Source: Octopus vulgaris
Taxonomy: Eukaryota
Assembly: GCA_951406725.2 (NCBI GenBank)
Contig: OX597833.1
Coordinates: 71,486,001 to 71,550,000 of the forward strand
Length of the DNA stretch: 64,000 nucleotides
Reading direction: 5' to 3'
A program made the position numbers and the translations under genes. The notes under the pieces are model-generated. The model was not told the DNA's origin. It saw only the letters and a list, made by a program, of their open reading frames with translations, and searched no databases. Numbering within the stretch: the first letter of the stretch is position 1; every line of letters begins with the position of its first letter. Below, in pieces: positions 1-12,287 of this stretch.

Positions 1-615
1 AACTCTGGAGTTGTATAAGAGTTTTAGCGTAGCCAGAGCATGTCCCGCCCGGGGCGCGAAATTTGTTTTCCCCATGAGACTTCCGGACCCCAGTAATGAA
101 CTCATTTGCCTACAGCCGATAAGAGCTCAACTACCAAACTAATTTATGAGAGCATAACAAGTGACAGGCGATAAGGTCACTTGGATAAGAAATGACCGTG
201 CTCTCTCTCTCTTTTAATAATGCTTGTTTTTGTTCCTGAGTCAACCACGGCTGCCTCTGCGTAGTTATTTGGGTTGTTGGTTAGTTTGTAAAACAGTAGC
301 GGGGAGAAGGTTGCTCGCACATCACCCTCTACCCACACTTTTCCCCATCCACATCTTTACCATTTGGGGCCCTAACAAAAATCCGATAACAGGTATAGAT
401 GCAAATCTATCTAATTACTTGTCTATTTCAAAAGCCAGGCATGACTTGGCGATCGGTCGACTTACAACACCGTTCTTCGTCTTGCTTTTACTTGGTAGAG
501 TGTGTTTTACCCATAGGTCGGTTGTTTTTAATACATTCACGAATGTTATGTTGGGCTTTGCATCCAGACAGAATCTGAGAGCTGAACGGGTCTGATCCTT
601 CGTTATTTGCACGGC

Positions 616-841
616 GGAAGGTGGCGAGTTGGCAGAAACGTTAGCACGCCGGGCGAAATGCTTAGCGGTATTTCGTCTGCCGCTACGTTGTGAGTTCAAA
701 TTCCGCCGAGGTCGACTTTGCCTTTCATCCTTTCGGGGTCGATAATTTAAATACCAGTTACGCACTGGGGTCGATATAATGGACTTAATACCTATGTCTG
801 TCCTTGTTTGTCCCCTCTATGTTTAGCCCCTTAAAGAAATA
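616..841 (+). mobile_element. SINE family C (tRNA-like head, central GTCGACTTTGCCTTTCATCCTTTCGGGGTCGATAA motif), full-length copy
   Basis: 14-bp TSD GTTATTTGCACGGC at 602-615 and 842-855; B-box-like GAGTTCAAATTCC. Related copies at ~35650-35872(-), ~32830-33000(+), ~9400-9560(-), ~34560-34700(-), ~50870-50980(-). Confidence 0.85.
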
Positions 842-883
842 GTTATTTGCACGGCTGCCTCTGCATAATTGTTTGTGTACGAG

Positions 884-1010
884 GTCAAGGTGAGCTCTGA
901 TTGGCTGTATGCAAATGAGTTCATTACTAGGCTCCGTAATTCTCCTTGGGACCGTTCCGGACCCCAGTAACGAACTCATTTGCATACAGCTAATCAGAGC
1001 TGCCCTCGAC
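884..1010. promoter_or_regulatory. Palindromic module with two octamers, CCAAT-like boxes and an ETS-like site; candidate bidirectional promoter
   Basis: Arms 884-931 and 963-1010 are inverted copies (~42/48). ATGCAAAT at 909-916, ATTTGCAT at 978-985, CTGATTGG at ~897-904, TTCCGG at 955-960. AAAATGGCG (YY1-like and start codon) follows at 1031. Confidence 0.5.
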
Positions 1011-1033
1011 CGTGTCAAAGGTTGGCATTCAAA

Positions 1034-2252
1034 ATGGCGACCCCTGATTTCCACGAGGACCTTGTATCGCACACGCCGGTTAGCGGTAAGTTTGAATTAT
1101 TATGGCCATAAATGGTAATGTTTTTGACGAATATAAAAAGTAGAGAAACTGCTCGAAGGTTTTATAAATACACATTGATTCATTGATACGAATTATGGAC
1201 GTGTGTCTCTTTTGTTAATGTATCTTTGGCCATCCGAGTCCCACATGTGCATTTTCCTGGGGTCTTCAGCGAAAAATGAGTTTTATTCATTTTATGAGCT
1301 TTTGTACAAAAAACAAAACAATACAAAAAATAGTCACGAAAATGAGGGATCTTTTCGGTTTGAACGGCAGTTTTTATCATAATTTCTAGGTAACTAAAAA
1401 ATGTTAAACTTCGTATACTGGTAGAATGTTTATAAAACATCTTGGATCTTTTCCTTTTGAACGGCATATGTCAACACAATTTCTAGTTAACTAAACACTT
1501 TTAAACTTCGTATACTGGTAGAATGTGTTTTTAAAACATCATTTTTTCTTGGCTTTATTGAGAAAATTCTATAGTTTGTAAGATATTTCCACTTTAAAAT
1601 CGAGCATTTCGGCAATTTTAACCAATCGCTGACCTTCATTTAGGTAAACAACATTCCGTGCTGTATGAATATGTCCCTCGTTTAAGAAACAGATTGGGTT
1701 TATTTACATTTGCGAAGAAAAAAGATACCCTTCCCCCACCCCTAACCCTAACCCAGATTGAAATGCAATAGATCGATACTAGGGTCATAATTATGGGTGA
1801 CAATTTCATATGACACCGCTAGAAAAAACTGCCGTTCAAACCGAAAAGATCCAAAATGAGAGTCCTATTATATTATTGGTAGTCATTATAGATCTATTTA
1901 TTATAATTATCGTATTTAATTCTGTGAGCCTATTCTATAGAGCCCTGATTGCCTGCATGCAAACGATTTCATAACTGGGGTACAGAACTCTCACGGAAAA
2001 AAAAAAATTCGCACTTGGGGCGGCCCTTCCGCTTGCCGCCCCCGTACCCCACAAAAAAAGATTCTTACAGCAGACCCCAGAGTGCCACCCCTTTAACCCC
2101 CCCCAGTGTATAAGAGTAATTATTTTCCTCTCTAATCTATTTTAGAAGAATGGAAAACCCTTCAGTCAACATCTAAACAGCAAATGCACAATATCGTAAA
2201 ACTGTTTTGGGGAATGAAGCGTGCGGCACAGATGTTCACTCACTCTCCATAA
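1034..2252 (+). CDS. Candidate two-exon 52-aa small protein (exons 1034-1085 and 2146-2252)
   Basis: aaaATGGCG start, donor GCG|GTAAGT at 1086, acceptor ttttcctctctaatctattttag at 2145. Phases are compatible and the frame is open to TAA at 2250-2252. No homology recognised. Confidence 0.3.
1347..1852. mobile_element. Non-autonomous DNA transposon (Merlin-like MITE) with internal telomere-like repeat
   Basis: 29-bp perfect TIR GGATCTTTTCGGTTTGAACGGCAGTTTTT; 8-bp TSD AAAATGAG (1339-1346, 1853-1860); ~97-bp duplication of the left end; CCCTAACCCTAACCC at ~1740-1754. Superfamily inferred from GG termini and 8-bp TSD. Confidence 0.85.
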
Positions 2253-2699
2253 AGAACACATTTTCTCCCTGTGGACTACTATTAGCTTGGTCCACCAAAA
2301 GCTGAATGATCTTTAGATGTCTAAGAGAAAAACTAGGGTTGGTCTGACAAGAACTAGGGGCCCATCCCTCCTAAAGTGATCTTTCAGAAGGTTCGCTCAC
2401 CAACACAGGTATTTCTGTTCGCGTGCATTTACTGCCAGACAATCCTTGACTCTAGTACTGGGCTCATCGACTCTTTAACAGGGATCGTTTTGTCCGACTT
2501 GAGTCCATAGCAACCGTTCTTAACCAGGGAGAAGGAGACATCGATTTAGTCAGTGACGCCTCAACCATGTAACGGGTTGTACAGGATGACATGTTAACAT
2601 GAACGGTCAATGTGACCGGAAATGAACACACACACACATGTATGTATCTGTGTGTGTATGTGTACACACATATACAGAAAGAGAGAGAGAGAGGTAGAT

Positions 2700-2920
2700 A
2701 AATGCTTTTCTCCAGACTATCTGTTCCTCCCTCCTTTCCCTCCTCCCTGGACTTTCTTCCTCTTTCTGACGAAGGGCCAGTGTCCGAAACGTCATTTCCA
2801 CACCTATTTTTCCCATCTAGAACTTTCACTGAGCGTCAATCTAATATAGTCACTGTGAACATTTAATTGACTTTTGTTGTTCCTTTTTTTCTGTTTAAAA
2901 ATTATTTTATTTGCCCCCTA
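2700..2920 (+). mobile_element. Penelope-like terminal fragment with hammerhead-like core
   Basis: CTGACGA-A-GGGC-cagt-GTCC-GAAAC-GTC at 2766-2793. The downstream motif CTGAGCGTCAATCTAATA (2829-2846) is shared with the 36.5 kb and 63.1 kb elements. Confidence 0.6.
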
Positions 2921-3369
2921 CTCCATATATACATATATAATTCCAGCAACAGTTACTATCAGCCGTCAGGCCAAACTCGAGTAGACTCATTCATTTTGTA
3001 TAAATAATAAGCATACCTTTCCAATCTACTCCAAGTATTGAGTTCTGTTTCAAATGTTTGTACCACACGTATGTATGTATTCAGTCCATATGACTGCGGC
3101 CATGCTGGAGTATATACAAAGATATATATATATGTGCGTGTGTGTGTGTACGTGTTTTGTATGCTGTTATAGCTGGAAATTGGTCCATTCTGTTCTATTT
3201 CCTTTACAAAGATGTATTGCATTGCTCTAATTAATTTTTAATTATTGGGAACTTTCAGCAGAAAATGCCTCGTTTTTTTTTTCTTTTTTTATGTACACAA
3301 ACATCTTTGTAAATATGCGTGCGCGCATGTAACAGATACGATATATGTACAACTATACATATATACATT

Positions 3370-3406
<37 letters not shown>

Positions 3407-3844
3407 GTGTGAGACTGAAGAGGATGAAAGATATCTGATGAGGGGTGGGGGGGAAGAGCAGATAATTTCGAGCGAGTTTTTAACTACCGCCGCCGCCACC
3501 GTCACCCCGCCCTTGTCCCCGTTGAAAGATGCTTCGCTCTCTCTCTCTCTCTCTCTCTCTACGCCACTTATATTTATTACAAGCAAAGAAGCGAGAGAGA
3601 GAAACAAAGACAGATATATATATTTATATATATATATATATTGGAAGGCAAGAAAGAAGTAAATAAAGAAAGATATATAAGAGAGAGAGAGAGAATGGAA
3701 AGAGAGAGAGAGAGAGGAGTAAAATGGAAATTACAACGAAATAACAGAAAATGAAGACAAAAAAATAACCGCTGTCTTTTGTATCTCACTTGAAATAAAA
3801 CATCGCCCAGATAGTTATTTCCCCCCCCCCCCCCCCAATTGTTA

Positions 3845-3982
3845 TGCGTGTGTGTGTATGCATGTATGTGTGTGTATATATGTATGTATATATATGTGTG
3901 TATATATATATATATGTATATATATATATGTATATATATATATACGTTTAAATATTTGTTGTGCAAGACCATTCCGAAATAT

Positions 3983-4022
<40 letters not shown>

Positions 4023-4070
4023 GTATATATGTATATATATGTAATTATATATGTGTGTGTATATAGACAC
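3845..4070. repeat. Compound (TA)n/(TG)n microsatellite
   Basis: Direct inspection. Confidence 0.95.
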
Positions 4071-4514
4071 ATACTGTCAATCAGAATTTTTACTAAGTTG
4101 CCGTATATTTTCTTCTCTTTTTCCTTTCCTTTCTTTCGTCTTTTATTTATTATCTAACTCTCTATTTCACTTCGTTTTTCTTTTTTCGTCGATTTTTCCT
4201 CTATGGGTTTTTTAAAAATCTCTTTTCGTTTCTCCGTTCCACAATTTCACGATTTCTTTTGTTTCAGCGGCAAACACATCGATGTGTATATATATAGAGA
4301 ACAAGCCTTACGACCTGACACTCTCCCTACCACCCTCACCCAGTAATGCACAACAACGCGGTTTCAAATCGCCTCTAAACCTCACTTGTATTTTGACCCC
4401 TTTTTTTTTGTCTCTTTTCCAATTTTCGTCCTCATCGTTATTGTAAACTTCGAATTAAAGCCTTATAACCGTAGCCACACCATTCTATCTTTTTAGTGGG
4501 TCCACACACACATA

Positions 4515-4672
4515 TATTCTTTTATTCTTTTACTTGTTTCAGTCATTTGACTGAGGCCATGCTGGAGCACCGCCTTTGGTCAAGCAAATTGACCCCAGGA
4601 CTTATTCTTTGTAAGCCCAATACCTATTCTATCGGTCTCCCTTGCCAAACCGCTAAATTATGGGGACACAAA
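4515..4672 (-). mobile_element. SINE family A, 3' fragment
   Basis: Matches the 3' part of the full-length copy at 44273 (CTTTTACTTGTTTCAGTCATTTGACTG...GCTGGAGCACCGCC). Confidence 0.8.
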
Positions 4673-5174
4673 TATATGGGGCTTGTATATATATATAAAA
4701 CTAGACTGTGTTCCTTATTTAAAATGCTATGATATGATGAGGGAAGGGGAGTATTTAGCTGGTATTTCTAGCAGGTCGAGTGATTGCTAAGGGGTCCTCT
4801 GTTTCGTTAATAATCGTGGGCAAAGCATGAACATCACAAACTCGCATTTCTGTTGTCTTTTCATGCTTCTACCCTCCGATTGAAAAAAAAAAAAGCAACT
4901 CAAGTTTCACTCAGGAATAAAGAAGTTTCTTCCTTTTTTTTCTCGAGATATTTTAATCATTTTCTTATCGTTTTGCGAATTAACAGTCATTCTAATTAGA
5001 CAACACACACACACACACATGCTCGTATACACACAATGGAACACAGCACATACAATTTCTATTTTAACAATTTCTCCCCCATTCTCCATTATTTCACTCA
5101 AAACATTACATATATATGGGGGTGGGGGTGGGGGAGATGGGGAGATAGGTGGGGGGTGTAGGTATTATGCGCGA

Positions 5175-5215
5175 ATGTGTATGTATATATGTATATATAC
5201 ATATCTATCTACATA

Positions 5216-5250
<35 letters not shown>

Positions 5251-5344
5251 GTGTGTATATATATATGTATATATTTATGTATATATATATGTATATATAT
5301 ATATATGTATATATATATGTATATATATATGTATATATATATTG

Positions 5345-5397
<53 letters not shown>

Positions 5398-5416
5398 GTG
5401 TGTATATATATATATG

Positions 5417-5448
<32 letters not shown>

Positions 5449-5510
5449 TATATGTGTATATATATGTATATATTTATGTATATATATATGTATATATATA
5501 TATGTATATA

Positions 5511-5559
<49 letters not shown>

Positions 5560-5600
5560 ATATATGTATATATATATATATACACACACACTATATATAT
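5175..5600. repeat. Long interrupted (TA)n/(TATATG)n microsatellite
   Basis: Direct inspection; source of the spurious YIYI-type ORFs. Confidence 0.97.
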
Positions 5601-6979
5601 GAAAACTGTAAGAATATATAAAAACAAATGAACACATACATACAAATACACGTGTGTGTGTGTATTGTATATGCGTATATGTGATATATGTAAAGTGTAT
5701 GTATATAGATAGATATATAGATGCCACACGGCCGTGTACGCACGTACAACAAGAGAGGCGAGCGTAATAGTGAAAGTATTAAAAATGAAGAAGAGAAAAA
5801 ACAAATGCGAGACAGAGATAAGCAGAAGGGAGAGAGAGAGAGTGATGCGATGGGATGGTAAGAGGAGGGAAGAGTGATAGACAGAGAAATGATAAGGGGG
5901 AGAGGAGAAGAAAAAAAGGAAGTGTGAATAGATAGAGGGATGACGAAAACAAAGAGAAAAATAGAGAAAGTGAAGGAGAAGAAGAGAGTAAGAGAGAGAG
6001 AGAGGGTAGGAGGGAGTCAGTCTGAGAAAACAAGATGGAAGAACTGCGTGCGTTTGTGTGTGTGTTTGTGTGTATGTGCGTATGATTGTATGTGTTTGTA
6101 CGTGTGTCTGAGCGTGCCTCTGTGTCTATGTGGGCGTGCGACTGTGTGTGTGTGTGTGTGTCTGCGCACACGCTCGTACGTTTGTATATGTGTGTGTGTG
6201 TGTGGGCGCCTATGTGCGAGTGTGTGTGTACGGTAACAGAATGTGAAAGTAATAGAGAGAGAGAAAGAGATATATATATATATATATAAAGGATATGAGA
6301 AGAGTTAAGAAAAAAAAGCAACCTCAGAATAAGTTGAGATATTGGTGGGGTGCTGAAGCTAAATGCGTGGGGAAGGGATATTTTTTTTCCCCATCTTTTA
6401 ATGAAGACACAAACAAAGAACGAGGATTTTCCATCGTTTCCAGTCCTCTTCTTCCGCCCCTCCATTCCCTCCATTCTGCTTTTATTACGTCTCTGCCAAA
6501 AACGAAGAAGATATTCCTGGAGAGAGTAATTCCTTAACATGTCCGTGATTGAAGAGGTTCTTCTGGTGATGGGGGTAGAAGTGTACGAAATGAAAGGAAA
6601 AAGGTGGCTCTCCTTGCTTGCTGTGGGGTGGGGAAATACCCTTCTAATTCTCTCGCCTTCTCTTCCATTCCACCGTTCTTCCTTTCAATGTCTTACTTCA
6701 CCAATCCTTTCTCCTCCAAGACTCTCTTATTGCCTTTATTTTCCGCCCTTTTTATATTTTACTTTTCATATACTTTCTCTCTGATTTTTAATCATACAAA
6801 TATACAGACACACATACTTATAAAAAGAGATAGGTAGGTAGATAGATAGATAGACATCACCAATCTCTCTGTATCTCACTTTTTACATAAATCTCTCTGG
6901 CTCTGAGGCACCATTCTCAAAAATAAGCCTAGCCTCTCTCATATCTCTTTTATGTGTCTCTATATCTCTAGACTTCCTC

Positions 6980-6980
<1 letters not shown>

Positions 6981-7063
<83 letters not shown>

Positions 7064-7119
7064 ATACATATATAGTTATATTTATGCATTATATGTGTAT
7101 ATATATATTTATATGTAAA

Positions 7120-7192
<73 letters not shown>

Positions 7193-7198
7193 ATGTAT
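6981..7198. repeat. Compound (TA)n/(TG)n microsatellite
   Basis: Direct inspection. Confidence 0.95.
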
Positions 7199-8399
7199 TG
7201 TGAGAATTTACATATATGTGTGTATATAGATAAAGCGGTTCAGTGTGTGTAGATATATAGATGTATGTAAATATAATCTTTGTTTATTTCTTTGTCTATT
7301 ATCGTTTTTATTCCCTTTCACTCTGGCTTCAATGTCTAATATATATATATATATATACCTCTCTCTCTCTCTATATATATATATACCTCTCTCTCTCTCT
7401 ATATATATATATATACCTCTAACCCCCCTCCAATTCTCTCACACACACACACATACTACGTACGTATTTCGCAGCAACTCTCTTTATCTCTTTCTTTCTT
7501 TCTCTTCTGAAACTTCACCCTCTACCCACCACCACCACTATTCTATCAATATTTCTTTTGCCGCGCGCGTATGTGTGTCTCTTTCTCTCTCTCTCTCTCT
7601 CTTCTTTTCTCTCTGTTTCGCTGTCTGCGTCTCCTCTCACTCCTCCTCCTCCTCCTCTGCTCGTCTCTCAGCCTCCCCCTCTCTCTCTTCAATCAATGAC
7701 AGACATTTATAATGAGATCAAGGGGAGACAACTGTACGGCACCCAGTGACGGTGGTGGCGGCGATGGCGTTGTTTGTGAAATTTCAAGAAAATCTATAAT
7801 TGTTGTATTTATTTGCCCTTGTTTTTTGTCTTTTTTTTTGTTGTAGTTTACAGCTTCTTTCTCTGCTATCTCTCTTTATACACACGTCTAGATTTCTTTC
7901 TATTTTGATAAAACTCCTTCTCTTCCATCCTCATCTCTTGTTTGTTTATAGAGTAACTGACGGGTGCGTGGAGGTGGGGGAGAGAGAGAGAGAATTACCC
8001 AGACACGCCTTTTGCATAGAAAGAAAATAGTTAAGTCGGGAACTAACGCACTTATTGTGTGCTAATATGTCTCACGCCAACGAAGGGTTCGCCTTTAAAT
8101 GTTAGATATCCATCTTCAACCCGCAACACGTTCACATTTTATATATATATATATTTATATTTTGCCTTTTATCTCTCAAATTATTTATTTGCGTATCTCT
8201 CTTCTATCCGTTTTTGGCAAAGATTTATTCAAACACCCTCTGTGTGTAAATTCATATATATATATATATAAGCGTACATTTATTTACACATATATACGCA
8301 TGTATGTATGAACATGTGTTTAAGAAGAACATCAAAAATATGTATAAACATATTTTCCTGAAAAATATATGAAATTACATCTATACACAGACATTTAAT

Positions 8400-8630
8400 A
8401 TCTGTTGATGGAACACCTCTGCAGGGTGGTTCGATTTGCTAGAGATAGCAGCCAAACCACCCCCAAATCACAACAAACCGTCTTCAATAAGGAAAAGATA
8501 TATTTGGAATAAGGTAGTCTTGTGTTTGTTCTTGCCTGAAAAAAAAAAAAAAAGACGGTGGAGATGGTCATGGCAGGAATGTCTGATTCTATGTCTGCTC
8601 AGTCAGCGTTGACCTAGGGTTAAGCAACGA
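8400..8630 (+). repeat. Old interspersed repeat family F (GCTAGAAATAGCAGCCAAAT...GATGGTCATGGCTGGAATG...TGACCTAGGG)
   Basis: Diverged copies also at ~4700-4810(-), 9560-9710, 13385-13445 (split by a MITE), 24300-24475, 30095-30300(-), 37390-37550, 41440-41620 and 42045-42215(-). Confidence 0.65.
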
Positions 8631-9899
8631 TAGCTTTTACAGTTAATTAGAAAAAAATAAAAACACGCACATAGGTTTATCCAGACAAGGGTAGAATGCA
8701 TCTACATAAACACACACATCTATCTACCCCTAAATACTTATATACTCACACACACACACACACATATACATAAGGAGAGGCACATCTGTGTAGACATACA
8801 AAAGCATTCATGCGTGCATCCACACTTATTCGTACTCCAACAGACATTTACATGCCTTACACAAACGTTGCCAGTCTATCGTATGTAAAATATCGATTTC
8901 TTTTGATTTAAGCACACGTCCAATTTTTGTAGAGGAGGGTTATAATCGTTTGCATCGACCTCCAGTATGCTAATGGCTCTTATTTTAGAAACACCCGGAA
9001 CAAATTAATGCCGACTTTAGTGTATGATGCGAAATCCTATATTGTTTCGGCAATCTATTGCTTTTAAAATAAACCAACGGAGCTGCGTAAATTATTGTAA
9101 ACTAAAACCCAAGTTTCAATAAGCTGTTTATAATTACAACATATGAAAAGCAGACGAAGCTGTAGAAAGCGGCGAGGTGGGGGGTTAGTATGTGAAGCCT
9201 AGAGTTGGTTACCATAGTGACTACACACACACATACACATGCAGACAGACAAGTCTCCTAGGGTCTCTGGAAATCTACACTCGGCTCCAGTTTGCAGTGA
9301 GTCGGGATAAGCCGTCCCATCCTGACGCAGGGATTCTCCATGGTCCCTCGACCTTAATTCTTTTATTGTAATTCTATTCCCTTCTACTTTGATGCATTAT
9401 GGGAATTATAAATCGCTCCCCAGTATCCAACTGGTTGCTTTATTTTATCGATCCCTGGGGAGAGATGAAAGGCAAAGTTAACCCGGGGAAGGATTGGAAC
9501 TCAGAACGTGAGGACTCATAACATTAAGCTTTATCTCTGGTGTTCTAACGATTCTGCCAAGCCAGAAATAGCAGCCTGGTTTACCTCATTTCCCACCCAA
9601 CCGTCTTAAACGAGAACATATTAGTTGAACATGTCATCCTAGATTAGTATAATTGGAGTAAAACAAACGGGAGGGTCATAACTGGAAGGCATTTCATCAT
9701 AGACCTACCTATTCTCCCCCTCCGCTTTCACTTTTAGGTTTCTTTAAAGGAATATAAATCAACCCCCAGTGTTTAGCTGAGAATCAATTTTACCAACCCT
9801 GGAAGAATGAAATGTAATGAGGAGCTCAGCAGGGTCTGAACTCGGAATGTAAAAGGGCTTTAACTACCCCCTGGTGAAGGGGATTGGCCTGCGAGATTC

Positions 9900-10087
9900 T
9901 TGTGCCAGTGTCCCCTAGAAAGCACCCAGCACCCAGGCTTGGGGTGGTTGGTGTTAGGAAGGGCATCCAGCCATAGAAACCAAACCAAATCGGACTGGAA
10001 CCTGGTGCAGCTTCTCAGCTCTGGTCAAACCATCCGACCCATACCAGCATGGGGAAACGGACGTTAAAGGATGATGATGATGGTGAT
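9900..10087 (+). mobile_element. Family D retroposon (GGTTGGCGTTAGGAAGGGCATCCAGC core, (GAT)n tail)
   Basis: Shared core and CATGG...GACGTTAA...(GAT)n 3' end; an inverted copy follows at ~10163-10350. Confidence 0.8.
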
Positions 10088-10687
10088 TTTTATGTGAGTG
10101 GTTTTTGCCAATCCCAGTTGAATTGGTCCCTATTACTTACAGCTAGGGCCAGTGAATTGCTATCATTCATCCCCGTCACTTAGTCTGCTTCCCATGCTGG
10201 CATGGGTTGGACAGTTTGACAGAATCTGACCGGCCAGAGAGCTTGTGGAAAGCTCCAGTGTTTGCTTTGATGGGTCCCTACAGTCGGATGCTCTTCCAAA
10301 CACCAAATAGAACCTACTGGATGCTTCTTTTCTTTGCACCGACACTCGTGAGGTTGTAAGGCTAAGACCCCACCCAGGCCCAACTGTGTGTGTGTGTGGG
10401 GGGGTCACAGTAAAGAGGAAGATGGCTTTATGTGAGGAGAGGAGAGACTAGAATATGGATGCAGGGAATGCAATAGAAGCAGTTTGTTGCTTTTGAGGAG
10501 TTTAGAATGGCTGCATACATTATAGAGGAGAGTGGCAGTGACCGGGGGTGTGGCGAAGGAAGGGGAGATAAATGGTGGTGATGAGGTGTCAGGGTGGACT
10601 GTCAAGGTTGGAGGTCAGTAGAAGTGGGTGGGAATAGAATAGATGTATGTGTGTGTATTTATAGACACACAGCATTATACATACATA

Positions 10688-10990
10688 CATCATCATCATC
10701 ATCATTTAACATCTGCTTTCCATGCTGGCATGGGTTGGACGGTTTGACAGGAGCTGGTCAAACACAGAAGGCTGCCCCATGCTTCGCTGTCTGTTTTGGC
10801 AGGGTTTTTACAGCTGGATGCCCTTCCTAATGCCAACCACTCCGCAGAGTGGACAGAGTGCTTTTTATGTGGCGCCAACAGAGGTGAGGTCAGTTTTGGT
10901 ATGGTTCTTTCACAGTTGGCTGCCCTTCCAAACAGTAAACACTTCCCAGTGTGGAATGGATGCTTTTTACATGACACCAGCACTGGTGGG
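10688..10990 (-). mobile_element. Family D retroposon
   Basis: (CAT)n followed by TTTAACATCTGCTTTCCATGCTGGCATGGGTTGGAC and GGATGCCCTTCCTAATGCCAACC. Confidence 0.8.
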
Positions 10991-11324
10991 GTGGTCACCG
11001 AATGACTTGCAAGACAAAGGATCTTCTGAAAGGGGACGGGACATTGGAGGTGATCATGTGCCAGAGAGACAGAAACAGGTGTGTGGTTGTAGAGGAGGGA
11101 CATGGTTATCTGGGAGGGGGAGAGAAGGGGTGATCAAGATTGAGGTCAGTCATGGGTGTTGCTGTGGAGGAGATGCATGGTTGACCAGACTGAAGGATAG
11201 AGCAAGAGAGAGATGATGGGGAAGAGCCAGGGCATGCTTACAAAAAATGGGGATCAGTGTATAGATGGGATGGTAGGGGAGTGAAGGTGAGATAAGGGTT
11301 AGCCATCAAGGTACAGGGTCAGAA

Positions 11325-11560
11325 TCATCATTATCATTTAATGTCTGTTGTCCCTGCTTGTATGGGCTGGTAAGTTAAGGGGCTGCACCAGACTCCAGAC
11401 TGATTTGGCATGGTTTCTATGGCTGGATGCCCTTCCTAACACCAACTACTCCATGAGTGTAGTGGGTGCTTTTTACGTGCCACCTGCACAGGTGCCAGAC
11501 GGGGCTGGCAAACGGCCATGGACGGATGGTGCTTTTTGGGGGCCAGGCAAGGCTGGCAAC
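11325..11560 (-). mobile_element. Family D retroposon
   Basis: Same core and tail motifs. Confidence 0.75.
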
Positions 11561-11721
11561 ACACACACACATTGCTAAATTAAAAGAAATTGCATGTGTA
11601 TATATATATATATATATATATACATACATGTGTGTATATATACATACATGTATATATATATATATATATTTATACATGCATTCATATATTTACACATACA
11701 CATATTTACATAGACACATGC

Positions 11722-11790
<69 letters not shown>

Positions 11791-12287
11791 CACACATAGG
11801 AAAATCTCATTTTTCTGCATATGTTATTGTGCAGTCTCCTGGTTATTTATATAAAAATGAGAATTTAATGGAAATAAAAATAATGCATTATTCAATGTTG
11901 AATTTAGCCCAACATGTCATTAGGTAAACAAACAAACAACAAAAGGCAATGATGAGAAGGTTTCTCTCTCTCCAGAGTTTTGTTTGTTGATATTAAGTGT
12001 ATATGAGTGTGTGAATCTGTGTGTGCATTGACTGACAGTTCTGTTGGCAAATAAGAACAACACAGAAAGAAGAAGGCCAGGCAGAGAGAGACAAGCTCAA
12101 AGATAAGTAATTCTAGAGACAGATGCAGGCATGGCGCCTGTGTTGGTAAGAAGTTGGTTTTCTAACTGAAACATTCTGGGACTGATCCCCCCCATCGCAT
12201 GGGGCCTTGTTTGCAACACTTTGTCAGTGGGATTTGGTAGATGGAAACTGTGTTGAAGCCCGATGCATATATGTGTATGTATATCTA

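Noticed and set aside
415-765. 116-aa minus-strand ORF
   Set aside because: Its N-terminal half is inside a SINE with a TSD; removing the SINE leaves no in-frame ATG nearby.
2200-2620. Possible 7SK, telomerase or RNase P/MRP RNA near the octamer modules
   Set aside because: No exact CUAACCCU template, no convincing 7SK GAUC stem or RNase P/MRP conserved regions by eye; an Rfam search would be needed.
5019-5804. Long ORFs rich in YI, VC and HT dipeptides, here and at 3.8, 7, 11.6, 36.4, 41.3, 55.6 and 62-63.5 kb
   Set aside because: Translations of (TA)n, (TG)n and (TATG)n microsatellites that lack stop codons.
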